DNA of 47,173 nucleotides from Cyclobacteriaceae bacterium (GTDB lineage: Bacteria; Bacteroidota; Bacteroidia; Cytophagales; Cyclobacteriaceae), in the NCBI GenBank assembly GCA_043751075.1, contig JAYVAI010000484.1:1-47173 (forward strand), in the 5' to 3' direction. The notes beneath the pieces were generated by a model. It was given only the letters and a program-made list of their open reading frames with translations, was not told the origin of the DNA and did no database searches. Below, piece by piece: positions 1-9,760 of this stretch (position 1 is its first letter; the number at the start of each line of letters is the position of its first letter). The position numbers were made by a program, and so were the translations under genes.

Positions 1-648
1 ATAATTCCCGGCAAGGAAGACGATAATCTTTGCATCAAAGCCTATCATCTTTTACAAAACGGATTTGATATTGGCCCGGTAAAAATCCATTTGCACAAAG
101 TGTTGCCCACCGGGGCAGGGCTGGGCGGAGGATCGGCCGATGCAGCCTTTACGTTGCGCTTGTTGAGTTCCATTTTTGATTTGCGCCTTACGGCAGATGT
201 GTTGCGCGGCTTTGCTTCGCAGCTTGGCAGCGACTGTTCTTTTTTTATTGGAGATAAACCGATGCTTGGTAGTGGACGTGGAGAGCAACTTGCAGGATTG
301 CCATTGAGCCTGAAAGGATATTATTTGGTGCTGATAAAACCTGATATTCACGTTTCTACTTCTGAAGCCTATCAGGGTGTGAAGCCGCACGTTGCCGCTC
401 AAGCACTTTCAGAAATTTTGAAACGCCCAATCAAGGAATGGAAAGAATATTTGATAAATGATTTTGAAAAATCGGTGTTTGAAAAATATCGGGCCATCAG
501 GGAAATCAAGAAAAAACTTTATGATAGCGGTGCGCTGTATGCCAGCATGAGCGGATCAGGCTCTTCTGTGTTTGGGATTTTTAAGTCGCAGGTAGAATTG
601 GCGAATGAGTTTATAGGGATGCAATGTTGGGCGGGTTATCTAAAATGA
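1..648 (+). CDS. ispE: 4-diphosphocytidyl-2-C-methyl-D-erythritol kinase (5' end outside window)
   Basis: Frame open from base 1 (…DNLCIKAY…IHLHKVLPTGAGLGGGSADAA); GHMP kinase motif; LGSDCSFF; ASMSGSGS. Confidence 0.95.
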   Translation: MIPGKEDDNLCIKAYHLLQNGFDIGPVKIHLHKVLPTGAGLGGGSADAAFTLRLLSSIFDLRLTADVLRGFASQLGSDCSFFIGDKPMLGSGRGEQLAGLPLSLKGYYLVLIKPDIHVSTSEAYQGVKPHVAAQALSEILKRPIKEWKEYLINDFEKSVFEKYRAIREIKKKLYDSGALYASMSGSGSSVFGIFKSQVELANEFIGMQCWAGYLK

Positions 649-725
649 GTTTATGCTCTTTCTATTCCTTTGATAGGCTTCAACAGTTTCAGCAGGTTAA
701 AGATTTAGGCTTCGGAATAAAATAC

Positions 726-733
726 TATTTTTG
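726..733 (+). promoter_or_regulatory. Bacteroidota -7 promoter element (TAnnTTTG)
   Basis: TATTTTTG 14 bp upstream of the ATG at 748. Confidence 0.5.
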
Positions 734-747
734 TTAAAACAAATAAA

Positions 748-945
748 ATGCAAACGCTTCTTGTTGAAATTGATTCTCTCGCTAAAGCAAAACAGCTTAC
801 AGCCGTACTTTCATCAATGGATTTTGTAAAGAAAGTTTCGTCCCACGGTAAACGAAAAGCATTGGTATCTGCTTTACAGGAACACGAAATCATAAAAAAA
901 TCCATTGTAAAAAGGAAGAACAAAGCAATTGCCAAATACTTGTAA
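748..945 (+). CDS. small hypothetical protein, possible antitoxin
   Basis: 65 aa, own promoter motif, stop overlaps the next ATG (TAATG). Confidence 0.6.
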   Translation: MQTLLVEIDSLAKAKQLTAVLSSMDFVKKVSSHGKRKALVSALQEHEIIKKSIVKRKNKAIAKYL

Positions 946-1031
946 TGAAAGAAAGCCAGCGTGATATTGGTAGTGCTTATAATAAAACTGGGATCAATGA
1001 GGAGTTGTACTTTCTCTTTCTTTGCCAGTAG
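945..1031 (+). pseudogene. possible PemK/MazF-like toxin stub
   Basis: 28-codon ORF coupled to the upstream gene; starts MKESQRDI, resembling MazF/PemK N-termini, then loses similarity. Confidence 0.25.
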
Positions 1032-1052
1032 ATTGGGAAAAGGAGAATCAAA

Positions 1053-1274
1053 TCATTTAGCAAATTCCATTTCATAATGAAGCAGCATCAAGTCTTCACC
1101 TTTTACGGCAAACTCTGAAATAGTTTCTCCAAACTTATCAGCAAACTCTACCTCGAATACACCTTGTGCCAATTGCATAATGATGGTACCCACTTGCCCA
1201 AAAACCACTTTTTTTCCCGGCTCGTCTTTAAGGATGGCAACCGTATCATATAATTTTAGTTGTTCTCTTTTCAT
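1053..1274 (-). CDS. DUF4926 domain protein
   Basis: LKLYDTVAIL…GQVGTII…FEVEFADKFGET pattern. Confidence 0.8.
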   Translation of the reverse strand: MKREQLKLYDTVAILKDEPGKKVVFGQVGTIIMQLAQGVFEVEFADKFGETISEFAVKGEDLMLLHYEMEFAK

Positions 1275-1618
1275 TTTTTTATTCTTTTAATAAAACACGT
1301 AGTCAATCGAGGATAACCTTCGCTAGTTCTAATTATCCAACCCGTGTTAATTACGGCTACTTTCTGAAAGATACTGATTTTCATAATTACTGAAAAGCGT
1401 TCACCAAATTCGTCTTTCTCTTTTATTGTACAATCATTTTCAGAAAGCCCTACCTGGATGGCGTCTTTTAATAGATCAGCCTCGCTCGCTCCAATGCCTA
1501 AAACCGATTTAAAAATCAGTGCTTTTTCCTTTCCGTAAGGATGGAATTCATTGAGACAATACTCTGTCAATTTCTCCAAGCTTATATAAGCCTTGTCATG
1601 GTTTTTTAATTTACCCAT
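1271..1618 (-). CDS. DUF6883 domain protein
   Basis: KLTEYCLNEFHPYGKEKALIFKSVLG…TGWII…PRLTTCF; 4 bp overlap with the DUF4926 gene. Confidence 0.75.
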   Translation of the reverse strand: MGKLKNHDKAYISLEKLTEYCLNEFHPYGKEKALIFKSVLGIGASEADLLKDAIQVGLSENDCTIKEKDEFGERFSVIMKISIFQKVAVINTGWIIRTSEGYPRLTTCFIKRIKK

Positions 1619-1779
1619 GATTCAAATCTAATGACTTACACTGTTCAAAAAAAAATAGAGAGTGTATTTCAAAATAGAACAGTGTTGAACTCAATTGAGA
1701 TTTGCGCAATCTGTCTTTTACCTCCTGCCTGGGTTCTTGTCCTCTCGAACCAATTTTTGATCACAATTGGCTTTTAGGG

Positions 1780-1857
1780 GATACCTCAGTGGAATTGATA
1801 ATCAAAGATTTTAAAAGGGTTACTTTTGGATACCTTACCGGGATTCCTAATAAATGA
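1780..1857 (+). pseudogene. possible 3' remnant of a sensor histidine kinase
   Basis: DTSVELIIKDFK resembles the final strand of HATPase domains; its TGA overlaps the regulator ATG (ATGA). Confidence 0.35.
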
Positions 1858-2555
1858 ACACAGCAATATCTATATTGATCGTAGAAGATGAACCGCTCAT
1901 TGCCGATGACATAGCGAGCACACTCACCGAAAAAGGCTACGGCATTATGGGGCCGGTGGACAATGCCGATGAAGCTTCGGCTTTGCTTTCCAAATCCAAA
2001 CCAAGCCTGGTGTTGCTCGACATATAAATAAAGGGCAATCGCGATGGGGTACAGTTCGCCTCGGAGGTACGCACCAAGCACAAGCTCCCGTTTATTTTCA
2101 TCACTTCTTTTTATGACCGAGCCACGCTGGACCGCGCCAAGGCCACCGAGCCACAAGCTTATATCTTAAAACCATTTGATGAGCGCGACTTGCTTATCAA
2201 TGTAGAGATGGCGTTGTACAAATTTAAAAAGCAACCCCTGTCATCGGAGAAATTTTTTGTGAAAGAGAAAAATGAAATGGTGGCATTGGAGGCCAAAGAC
2301 ATTTTGTATGTGGAGGCGTTCGACAATTACGCCAAAGTATTTACGGCCAATCAATCGTACATTATAAGCCACACCCTGAAGCAAGTGGAAGAAAACCTTT
2401 CCGCAAAAACGTTCTTGCGCGTTCACCGCTCTTACCTGGTGAATTTTGAAATGGTAACGTCTATTAATGAAACCAACATTTGCATTGGCCTTATCAAAAT
2501 CCCGTTGTCGCAGGCCTACCGCATGGAGTTGATGGAGCGGATTACAGTGCTTTAA
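1854..2555 (+). pseudogene. LytTR-family response regulator with an in-frame stop
   Basis: MNTAISILIVEDEPLIA…LVLLDI*IKGNRDG…YILKPF…FLRVHRSYLVN in one frame; TAA at 2025-2027 (codon 58). Confidence 0.9.
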
Positions 2556-2598
2556 AAATCCTACTTTGTCATTGAAGTCGAGTGTTCCCCTTGGAGTT

Positions 2599-2728
2599 GG
2601 GGCGGACTAAAAAGTCGCAATTGGATCGAAGTGTAATACCGGGCTTTGACCCGGTATCCCGTAAATCGCACGTAAATCGAGATCGCGGCTCAAGGCCGCG
2701 ATGACGGAAGCGACTTTTTAGCCGCCCC
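2599..2728. repeat. nested palindromic element: outer inverted repeat enclosing a two-hairpin REP/RPE-like unit
   Basis: GGGGCGGACTAAAAAGTCGC (2599-2618) pairs with GCGACTTTTTAGCCGCCCC (2710-2728); inner hairpins ATACCGGG…CCCGGTAT and ATCGCGGC…GCCGCGAT (2632-2705). Confidence 0.75.
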
Positions 2729-2782
2729 CTATAGGTTAGGGGTTAGGTTTCAAGGCACTGAGCGATAAAATATTTTCTAAGC

Positions 2783-4354
2783 CTACCTCACGCCCCGCCC
2801 ACCCGTACGAAAAGTAGCATTGACCTCTGCACCAAATTGCCTGTCGGATGTCCTTAATGTAGTGGCACCGTAACCCACTTCCCCTCCACGCCATCCACTG
2901 CCTGCAGCCTGGGTCACTCCTGTGGTTCCCCCATAAATTGCATTCGCTACACTTCCGGTGTTGTTGCCATTGATGCCGGGCCAGAAGTCAACATTGGCGT
3001 GGCCGCTCGTGTTGAGTTCACCATTTCCCAATACGCCCGTGAAACTCCGGCCTGCCACATTGCCGATAGTCACTGGCCGCTCATAAGCGTTGCCGCTCAT
3101 TTCCATCACTCCGTAGTAGGCAGCGCCTGCTGTTGCACGGTTGGAAGAGCCGGTGGCAAAAATCCCGCTCCGCAGCATGGCCGATGAACTCGTGGTGGTG
3201 TAAGCTGCATTGCCAACGGTGCCACTCGCGTTGCTGGCAATTTCGGTTGACTGTGCGCTGGCCGCAAGTGTGTAGGTTGTAGCAAACAAGGTTGTTGTTC
3301 CCCACGCATATTCATTCAGCAAGGTGGCGGTTGGGCCACGGCAAATTTTTTCAAATTCAAGTTCGGTCATGGGGCGGAGCGCGGCCCAATCCAAGTAAGC
3401 ACAAAGCATTGGCCACGTGGCGTTGTTGAGGGCTATCCATTCGCCATCGGTACTTTCGTCAAACACATTGTCGGCATCGCCATCGAGGCCATACACCGCA
3501 GGGGCTGTTGTGCTCACACCCGGAGTTACTATTTCTATAAACGTCCGAAAGGAAGCACTCAATGCGTTGGTGCCAACAGCACTGCTTGGTGCGGTGGTTG
3601 TATTGAAAGTTTGCTGCGTGTAGGTAAGAGTGTTTAAGAAATCAGCATAACCGCGTTGTGAGATTTCATACTTCATGCAATAAAAGCCCGCGAGGCCGGT
3701 GGGGAACAAGGCATTGTCTATCGTGCCATTGTCGTCCGTATCGAGGCCGCCATCGCCATCAATGCCAATGCCGATGGTTTCAATTTGCGCATCGTCATAA
3801 ATATTGGCATCGGTGCGCACATCGCTCAGCAAAGCAGTTGAAACCTGCACGGAGGTGTTGCCGGCAGCAGCATGAAACGCATTGGCGGATTCGGTTGTGC
3901 CGTTGCCATCGCCCACAAAAAAATTTCCTGGTGGGATATATACCATCTCTACGCCAAACACCTGCACATCAAAAACACCATCATACACGGTAACGCCCAG
4001 GCGCACATCGGTGAGCGATACATTTCCCGAACCCGTGGCAGAGCGATAGATAAAAGCACCTTTCAAATCAGCAGGCACACTGACAGCATAACCGGCAGCA
4101 ATGGCGTTGTTGGCATTGGTAAGGTGGAGATGTTTCCAAAGGCCATCCACATCTTTGTATTTGATGAACACCCACACGGCATCGTGGTTGGCGGTGAGTA
4201 TGGACGTGCGCCACGAATTTTCCCAACTCAGATCAAATGCAATTTGCGTATAGCTGCCATTGGCATGGGAGGTGATGTTGGAGATAACCACGTTGTTGGC
4301 CACAGTGGTGGCTGCTGCCGAAACGAAAAGGAGTAATGTGATCAGGTGTTTCAT
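2783..4354 (-). CDS. secreted FGE-sulfatase (SUMF1/CLec-fold) domain protein, copy 1
   Basis: Signal peptide; EMVYIPPGNFFVGD, FYCMKYEISQ, LRPMTELEFEKICRG, YYGVMEMSGN, RGG…R..DR…GRGVR; DxDGD-type acidic loops. Confidence 0.85.
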   Translation of the reverse strand: MKHLITLLLFVSAAATTVANNVVISNITSHANGSYTQIAFDLSWENSWRTSILTANHDAVWVFIKYKDVDGLWKHLHLTNANNAIAAGYAVSVPADLKGAFIYRSATGSGNVSLTDVRLGVTVYDGVFDVQVFGVEMVYIPPGNFFVGDGNGTTESANAFHAAAGNTSVQVSTALLSDVRTDANIYDDAQIETIGIGIDGDGGLDTDDNGTIDNALFPTGLAGFYCMKYEISQRGYADFLNTLTYTQQTFNTTTAPSSAVGTNALSASFRTFIEIVTPGVSTTAPAVYGLDGDADNVFDESTDGEWIALNNATWPMLCAYLDWAALRPMTELEFEKICRGPTATLLNEYAWGTTTLFATTYTLAASAQSTEIASNASGTVGNAAYTTTSSSAMLRSGIFATGSSNRATAGAAYYGVMEMSGNAYERPVTIGNVAGRSFTGVLGNGELNTSGHANVDFWPGINGNNTGSVANAIYGGTTGVTQAAGSGWRGGEVGYGATTLRTSDRQFGAEVNATFRTGGRGVR

Positions 4355-4383
4355 TTATTTTTTCATTTCAAGTTTATCTTTGG

Positions 4384-4425
4384 TTCGTTGGTGAAGAACC
4401 TGCCTACTGGACAGGCACTAACGAA
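4384..4425. repeat. REP-like hairpin interrupted by a mini-palindrome
   Basis: TTCGTTGGTGAAGAA[CCTGCCTACTGGACAGG]CACTAACGAA. Confidence 0.6.
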
Positions 4426-4443
4426 GGCGAGGCCCCCCGAGCA

Positions 4444-4474
4444 GGCGTCTGACACCTTTGAGGTGTCTGACGCC
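4444..4474. repeat. REP family A hairpin
   Basis: GGCGTCTGACACCTTTGAGGTGTCTGACGCC; related copies at 10514, 11089, 16840. Confidence 0.85.
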
Positions 4475-4516
4475 TTTTACCGATGTCTATCAAAAAAAGA
4501 GGAGCGTAGGAGGCAA

Positions 4517-5791
4517 TCATCTTACCCCACGGCAACCAAAATGAGAATTACCACCATTGAAGCCACCAGCTGCAGCTTCTTGTCTATCGGAAACCCGCAT
4601 TTCTTGAATTCCAGAACTGAAAGTAAAACTTCCTCCCCTTCTTCCGCTTCCTGCGTCAACAGTTGCACCGGTAGTGCCACCGTAAGTCGTATTGGCAATA
4701 GTTGCATTACTGTTTCCGTTAATGCCCGGCCAATAATCTACATCTGCATTGCCGGCAGCATTGAGTGAACCATTTCCGAGGTTTCCCCTGAAACTTCTGC
4801 CGGCAACATTTCCAACACTTACCGGCCTTTCATCCAGGTTGCCACTCATTTCCATTACACCATAATAAGTAGCACCAGACTGTGTTCTGCCACTGGTAGC
4901 CGTTGCAAATATTCCATTTCGTACCGGATTTTCATGAGTACCATCGTGAATGGCATTTCCCACTGATGCAGAGGCATTTGAGATGGTTTCAGAATTTTGA
5001 GCAGCATTGGCCAATATATAAGGTGTCCAATTGATAGTAGTGGTTCCCCAAGCCCTTTCACCTGTTACCGGAGTTGGGGTGCCACGGCATGCCTTTTCAA
5101 ATTCAAGTTCAGTCATGGGCCTTAGTGCAGCCCAGTCTAAGTATGAACACATATTTTGCCAGGACAAACCGCCACAGGCTATCCATTCGCCATCGGCTGC
5201 CTCATCGAATATGTCATTTCCATTGTAATCAAGCCCATAGATTGCCGGCAAAGTATTATCTGCCCCCGGTGTTTTAACTTCTATATGAATCCTGTTGAAG
5301 CTTCCAATAGCTAGTGTGCCCGTTGCGCTATTGGGAGGAAATCCCAAGGTTGTGCAGGTTGTTTGTTGATTGTATGTCAAGGTATTCAAGAAATCGCGGT
5401 AGGCGCCCTGCGAGAGTTCATACTTCATGCAAAAAAATGATAGATACCCGGTTGGAAAGAAAGCATTGTCAACGCCACCATTATCATCTGTATCTAAGCC
5501 TCCATCTCCGTCAATACCAATACCCGTTGCTTCAATCTGGGCATCATCATTGGCATTAACATCAACTCTAATATCGCTTACCAATGAGCTTGTAATCTGA
5601 ACTGCGGAATTGGTAACACCAGAGTGAAATGCATTGGTGGTTTCTGTTGTGCCATTCCCATCCCCGATATAAAAACTCCCTTGCGGGATGTATGCCATCT
5701 CAATACCAAACACTTTAATATCAAACGAACCGGAAGTTACAGGAACGCCAATCCGCACATCGGTGAGTGTAACATTGCCCGATCCATCTGC
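4517..5791 (-). pseudogene. FGE-sulfatase/CLec-fold protein, copy 2, 5'-truncated
   Basis: Collinear with copy 1 back to ADGSGNVTLTDVRIG (~5791); an in-frame TGA follows upstream; signal peptide and ~100 N-terminal residues are missing. Confidence 0.8.
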
Positions 5792-8700
5792 CCATCACAA
5801 TAACCTTCAGCGAAAGCGTGACCGGATTTTTAGTGGGCGATATTGGCGTGGTGAACGGAAGTGCAGGAACATTTGCGGGGAGTGGAACAACTTATACAGC
5901 CAACATTACTCCGACAGTACCAGGTACAGTTACAGTAAGCGTTGCCGCGAATGTGGCTACCGATGCAGCGACCAATGGAAACACGGCAGCAACCAATCTT
6001 ACAAGAGTGTTTGACAATGTTGCGCCAACGGTAATTATTTCTTCAACGGCAAGCAATCCAACCAATGCCGTCATTCCTGTTACCATAACCTTCAGCGAAA
6101 GCGTGACCGGATTTGTTGTTGGGGATATTGGTGTGGTGAACGGAAGCGCGGGAACATTCGCGGGAAGCGGAACAACTTATACAGAGAACATCACACCGAC
6201 AGGGCCAGGTACAGTAACGGTGAGCGTGGCCGCGAATGTGGCTACCGATGCCGCGACCAATGGAAACACGGCAGCAACCAATCTCACAAGAGTGTTTGAT
6301 AATGTTGCTCCAACGGTAATTATTTCTTCAACAGCCAGTGACCCAACCAATGCCGTCATTCCTGTTACAATCACCTTCAGCGAAAGCGTGACGGGATTTG
6401 TGGTTGGCGATATAGGCGTGGTGAATGGAACAGCAGGAACATTTGCCGGAAGCGGCACAACTTACACTGCGAACATCACACCGACAGGGCCAGGTACAGT
6501 AACGGTGAGCGTAGCCGCGAATGTGGCTACCGATGCAGCGACAAACGGAAATACTGCAGCGACCAATCTCACAAGAGTGTTTGACAATGTTGCGCCAACG
6601 GTAATTATTTCTTCAACGGCAAGCAATCCAACCAATGCCGTCATTCCTGTCACGTTTACATTCAGCGAAAGCGTGACGGGTTTTGTAGTGGGTGATATCG
6701 GAGTAATTAATGGCACTGCCGGAACCTTTGCGGGAAGTGGAACAACCTATACCGCCAACATTACTCCGACAGGACCAGGTACTGTAACCGTAAGCGTGGG
6801 TGCCAATGTTGCCACTGATGCAGCGACAAACGGAAATACAATTGCGACCAACCTTACAAGAGTGTTTGACAATGTGGTGCCAACGGTTGTGATAACATCC
6901 GCAGCGCCAGACCCCACAAGTGTTTCGCCAATTCCGGTTACGATAACATTTAGCGAAAGCGTGATTGGATTTGTGATGGCCGATATTACTGTGCTCAATG
7001 GCTCAGCCGGAAACTTTGCCGGCAGTGGCACAACCTACACAGTTGACATCACGCCATCGGGACAAGTAACGGTGAGCGTGAGTGTGGCCGCAGCCAAGGC
7101 AACCGATGCGGCACTTAACAGCAACACAGCTTCCAATACGTTGACAAGGGTTTACAACAATACCTCACCGACTGTAACTATATCTTCGACCGCCACTGAA
7201 CCAACGAATGTCACGCCCATTCCGGTAACGATAACATTCAGCGAAAGCGTAACTGGTCTTATTGCAGGCGAAATAATAGTGACCAATGGCAGCGCAGGAA
7301 CTTTTAGCGGAAGCGGCACCACCTACACGGCCAATGTTACACCCAGCGGGCAAGGAGCAGTGACCGTGAGTGTGGCAGCAAATTCGGCCATCAATGGAGC
7401 AACGATTGGAAACACAGTCTCCAATACACTGTCAAGGACTTTTGATACCGTGGCACCGACCCTTGTGATTTCTTCAAGCGCAACAGAGCCAACGAAAGTT
7501 ACCCCGATACCAATTACCATAACATTCAGCGAAAGCGTAACGGGATTTGTAGTGGGTGATATTGTGGTGACCAACGGAAGTGCGGGAACATTTGCCGGGA
7601 GCGGCACAACTTATACTGCGAACATCACACCGACAGGACCAGGTACAGTTACAGTAAGTGTTGCCGCTACTGTGGCTACCGATGCAGCAACCAATGGAAA
7701 TACAATTACGACCAACCTCACAAGAGTGTTTGATAATGTTGCACCGACCGTTGTGATTTCTTCAACGGCAACAGACCCAACGAATATCACGCCCATTCCC
7801 GTCACTATAACATTCAGCGAAAGCGTGACGGGATTTGTTGTTGGAGATATCGGAGTGATAAATGGAACGGCCGGAACTTTCGCAGGAAGCGGCACCACTT
7901 ATACTGCGAACATTACTCCAACAGGCCAGGGAACAGTGACGGTGTTGGTTGCCGCCAATGTTGCCACCGATGCAGCCACAAATGGGAATACGGCCGCGAC
8001 AAACCTCACGCGGGTGTTTGATAACGTTGCGCCAACAGTTGTCATCAGCAGCATATCATCAGACCCAACCAATGTTTCGCCCATTCCTGCTACCATCACA
8101 TTCAGCGAAAGCGTGACCGGATTTATTGTGGGTGATATTACGGTGACCAATGGCACGGCCGGAACTTTTGCAGGAAGTGGAACAACCTATACCGTCAACA
8201 TTTCTCCCACTGCAGCCGGGCCGGTAACCGTAGGCGTTGCAACCGCTAAAGCCACCGATGCCGCTACCAATAATAATGCAGCTTCTAATACATTAACAAG
8301 AACATACAACAATACTTCGCCAAGCGTAACCATCACTTCAAGCGCCACTGACCCTACCAATGTTTCGCCCATACCTGTCACCATTACCTTTAGCGAAAGC
8401 GTAACGGGTTTTATTACAAGTGAAATAATTGTGACCAATGGAACAGCCGGAAGTTTTAGTGGAAGCGGCACAACCTACACGGCCAACATTGCACCAACAA
8501 CAGCGGGCGCGGTTACGGTGAGTGTTGCTGCCAATGTTGCTGTGAATGGTGCAAGCAACGGCAACACAGTTTCCAATACCTTGTCGAGGGTTTATGATAA
8601 CGTTGTGCCCACAGTCATCATCACTTCAACCGCTCCAGACCCAACCAATGTTTCTCCCATTCCTGTTACCATTACCTTCAGCGAAAGCGTAACAGGATTT

Positions 8701-9760
8701 GTAGTAGACGATATTGTAGTGACCAACGGAAGCGCAGGCACCTTTGCGGGAAGTGGCACAACTTATACCGCCAACATTACTCCGTCAGGTGCGGGAACAG
8801 TAACGGTGAGCGTGGCCGCCAATGTTGCGACCGATGCAGCGACTAATGGAAATGCTGCTGCCGCAAATCTTGTGCGCACTTTCAATGGAACAGACACCAC
8901 ACCGCCAACGGTAACCATCACCAGTTCATCGGCAGACCCAACGAATAGCTCAACCATTCCTGTGACGATTACATTCAGCGAAAGTGTGACAGGATTTGTG
9001 GTGAGTGATATTATTGTGGCGAATGGAACAGCCGGAAGTTTTGCAGGAAGTGGAACAACCTACACCCTGAACATTACTCCAACAGCGGAAGGAATTGTAA
9101 CGGTGAGCGTGGCCGCCAATGTTGCCACTGATGCAGCGACCAACGGAAATACGGCTGCGACCAATCTAACCCGTGTGTTTGATAACCTTGCGCCAACGGT
9201 TGTCATCAGCAGCACATCGGCTGAACCAACCAATGTTACTCCAATACCTGTTACGATTACATTTAGCGAAAGCGTTTCGGATTTTATTTTGGCCGACATC
9301 ACCGTGGCCAATGGAACGGCAGGAACTTTTGCCGGAAGCGGAACAACATACACGGCCAACATTACTCCAACAGCGCAAGGAACAGTGACGGTGAGCGTGG
9401 CCGCGAATATTGCCACCGATGCTGCCACGAATGGAAATACGGCTGCGGCAAATCTAGCGCGTGTGTTTGACGATGTGGCACCAACGGTTGTCATCAGCAG
9501 CACATCCACGGAGCCAACCAATGTTACTCCAATACCTGTTACGTTTACATTCAGCGAAAGTGTTTCCAATTTTATTTTGGCTGACATAACCGTGACCAAT
9601 GGAACGGCCGGGAACTTTGCCGGTAGCGGCACAACCTATACGGCTGATATTACTCCAACAGCAGTGGGTGCGGTGACGGTGAGCGTGGCAGCAAACACAG
9701 CTATTGATGGAGCCGCGAACGCAAATGCAGCATCGAACATATTAACACGTACTTATCAAA
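5791..9760 (+). repeat. tandem coding repeat array, 14 units of 285-297 bp
   Basis: TT(C/T)AGCGAAAG anchor at 5806, 6091, 6376, 6661, 6949, 7237, 7525, 7813, 8101, 8389, 8677, 8974, 9262, 9550. Confidence 0.9.

Noticed and set aside
2025-2027. Stop-codon recoding or alternative genetic code
   Set aside because: TAA ends many normal genes here; one instance is better explained by mutation or sequencing error.
2783-5791. Complete diversity-generating retroelement
   Set aside because: No reverse transcriptase, accessory gene or template repeat is visible in the window.
5892-9632. Series of periodic minus-strand ORFs
   Set aside because: Antisense shadows of the Thr/Val/Ala-rich repeat protein; they recur with the repeat period.
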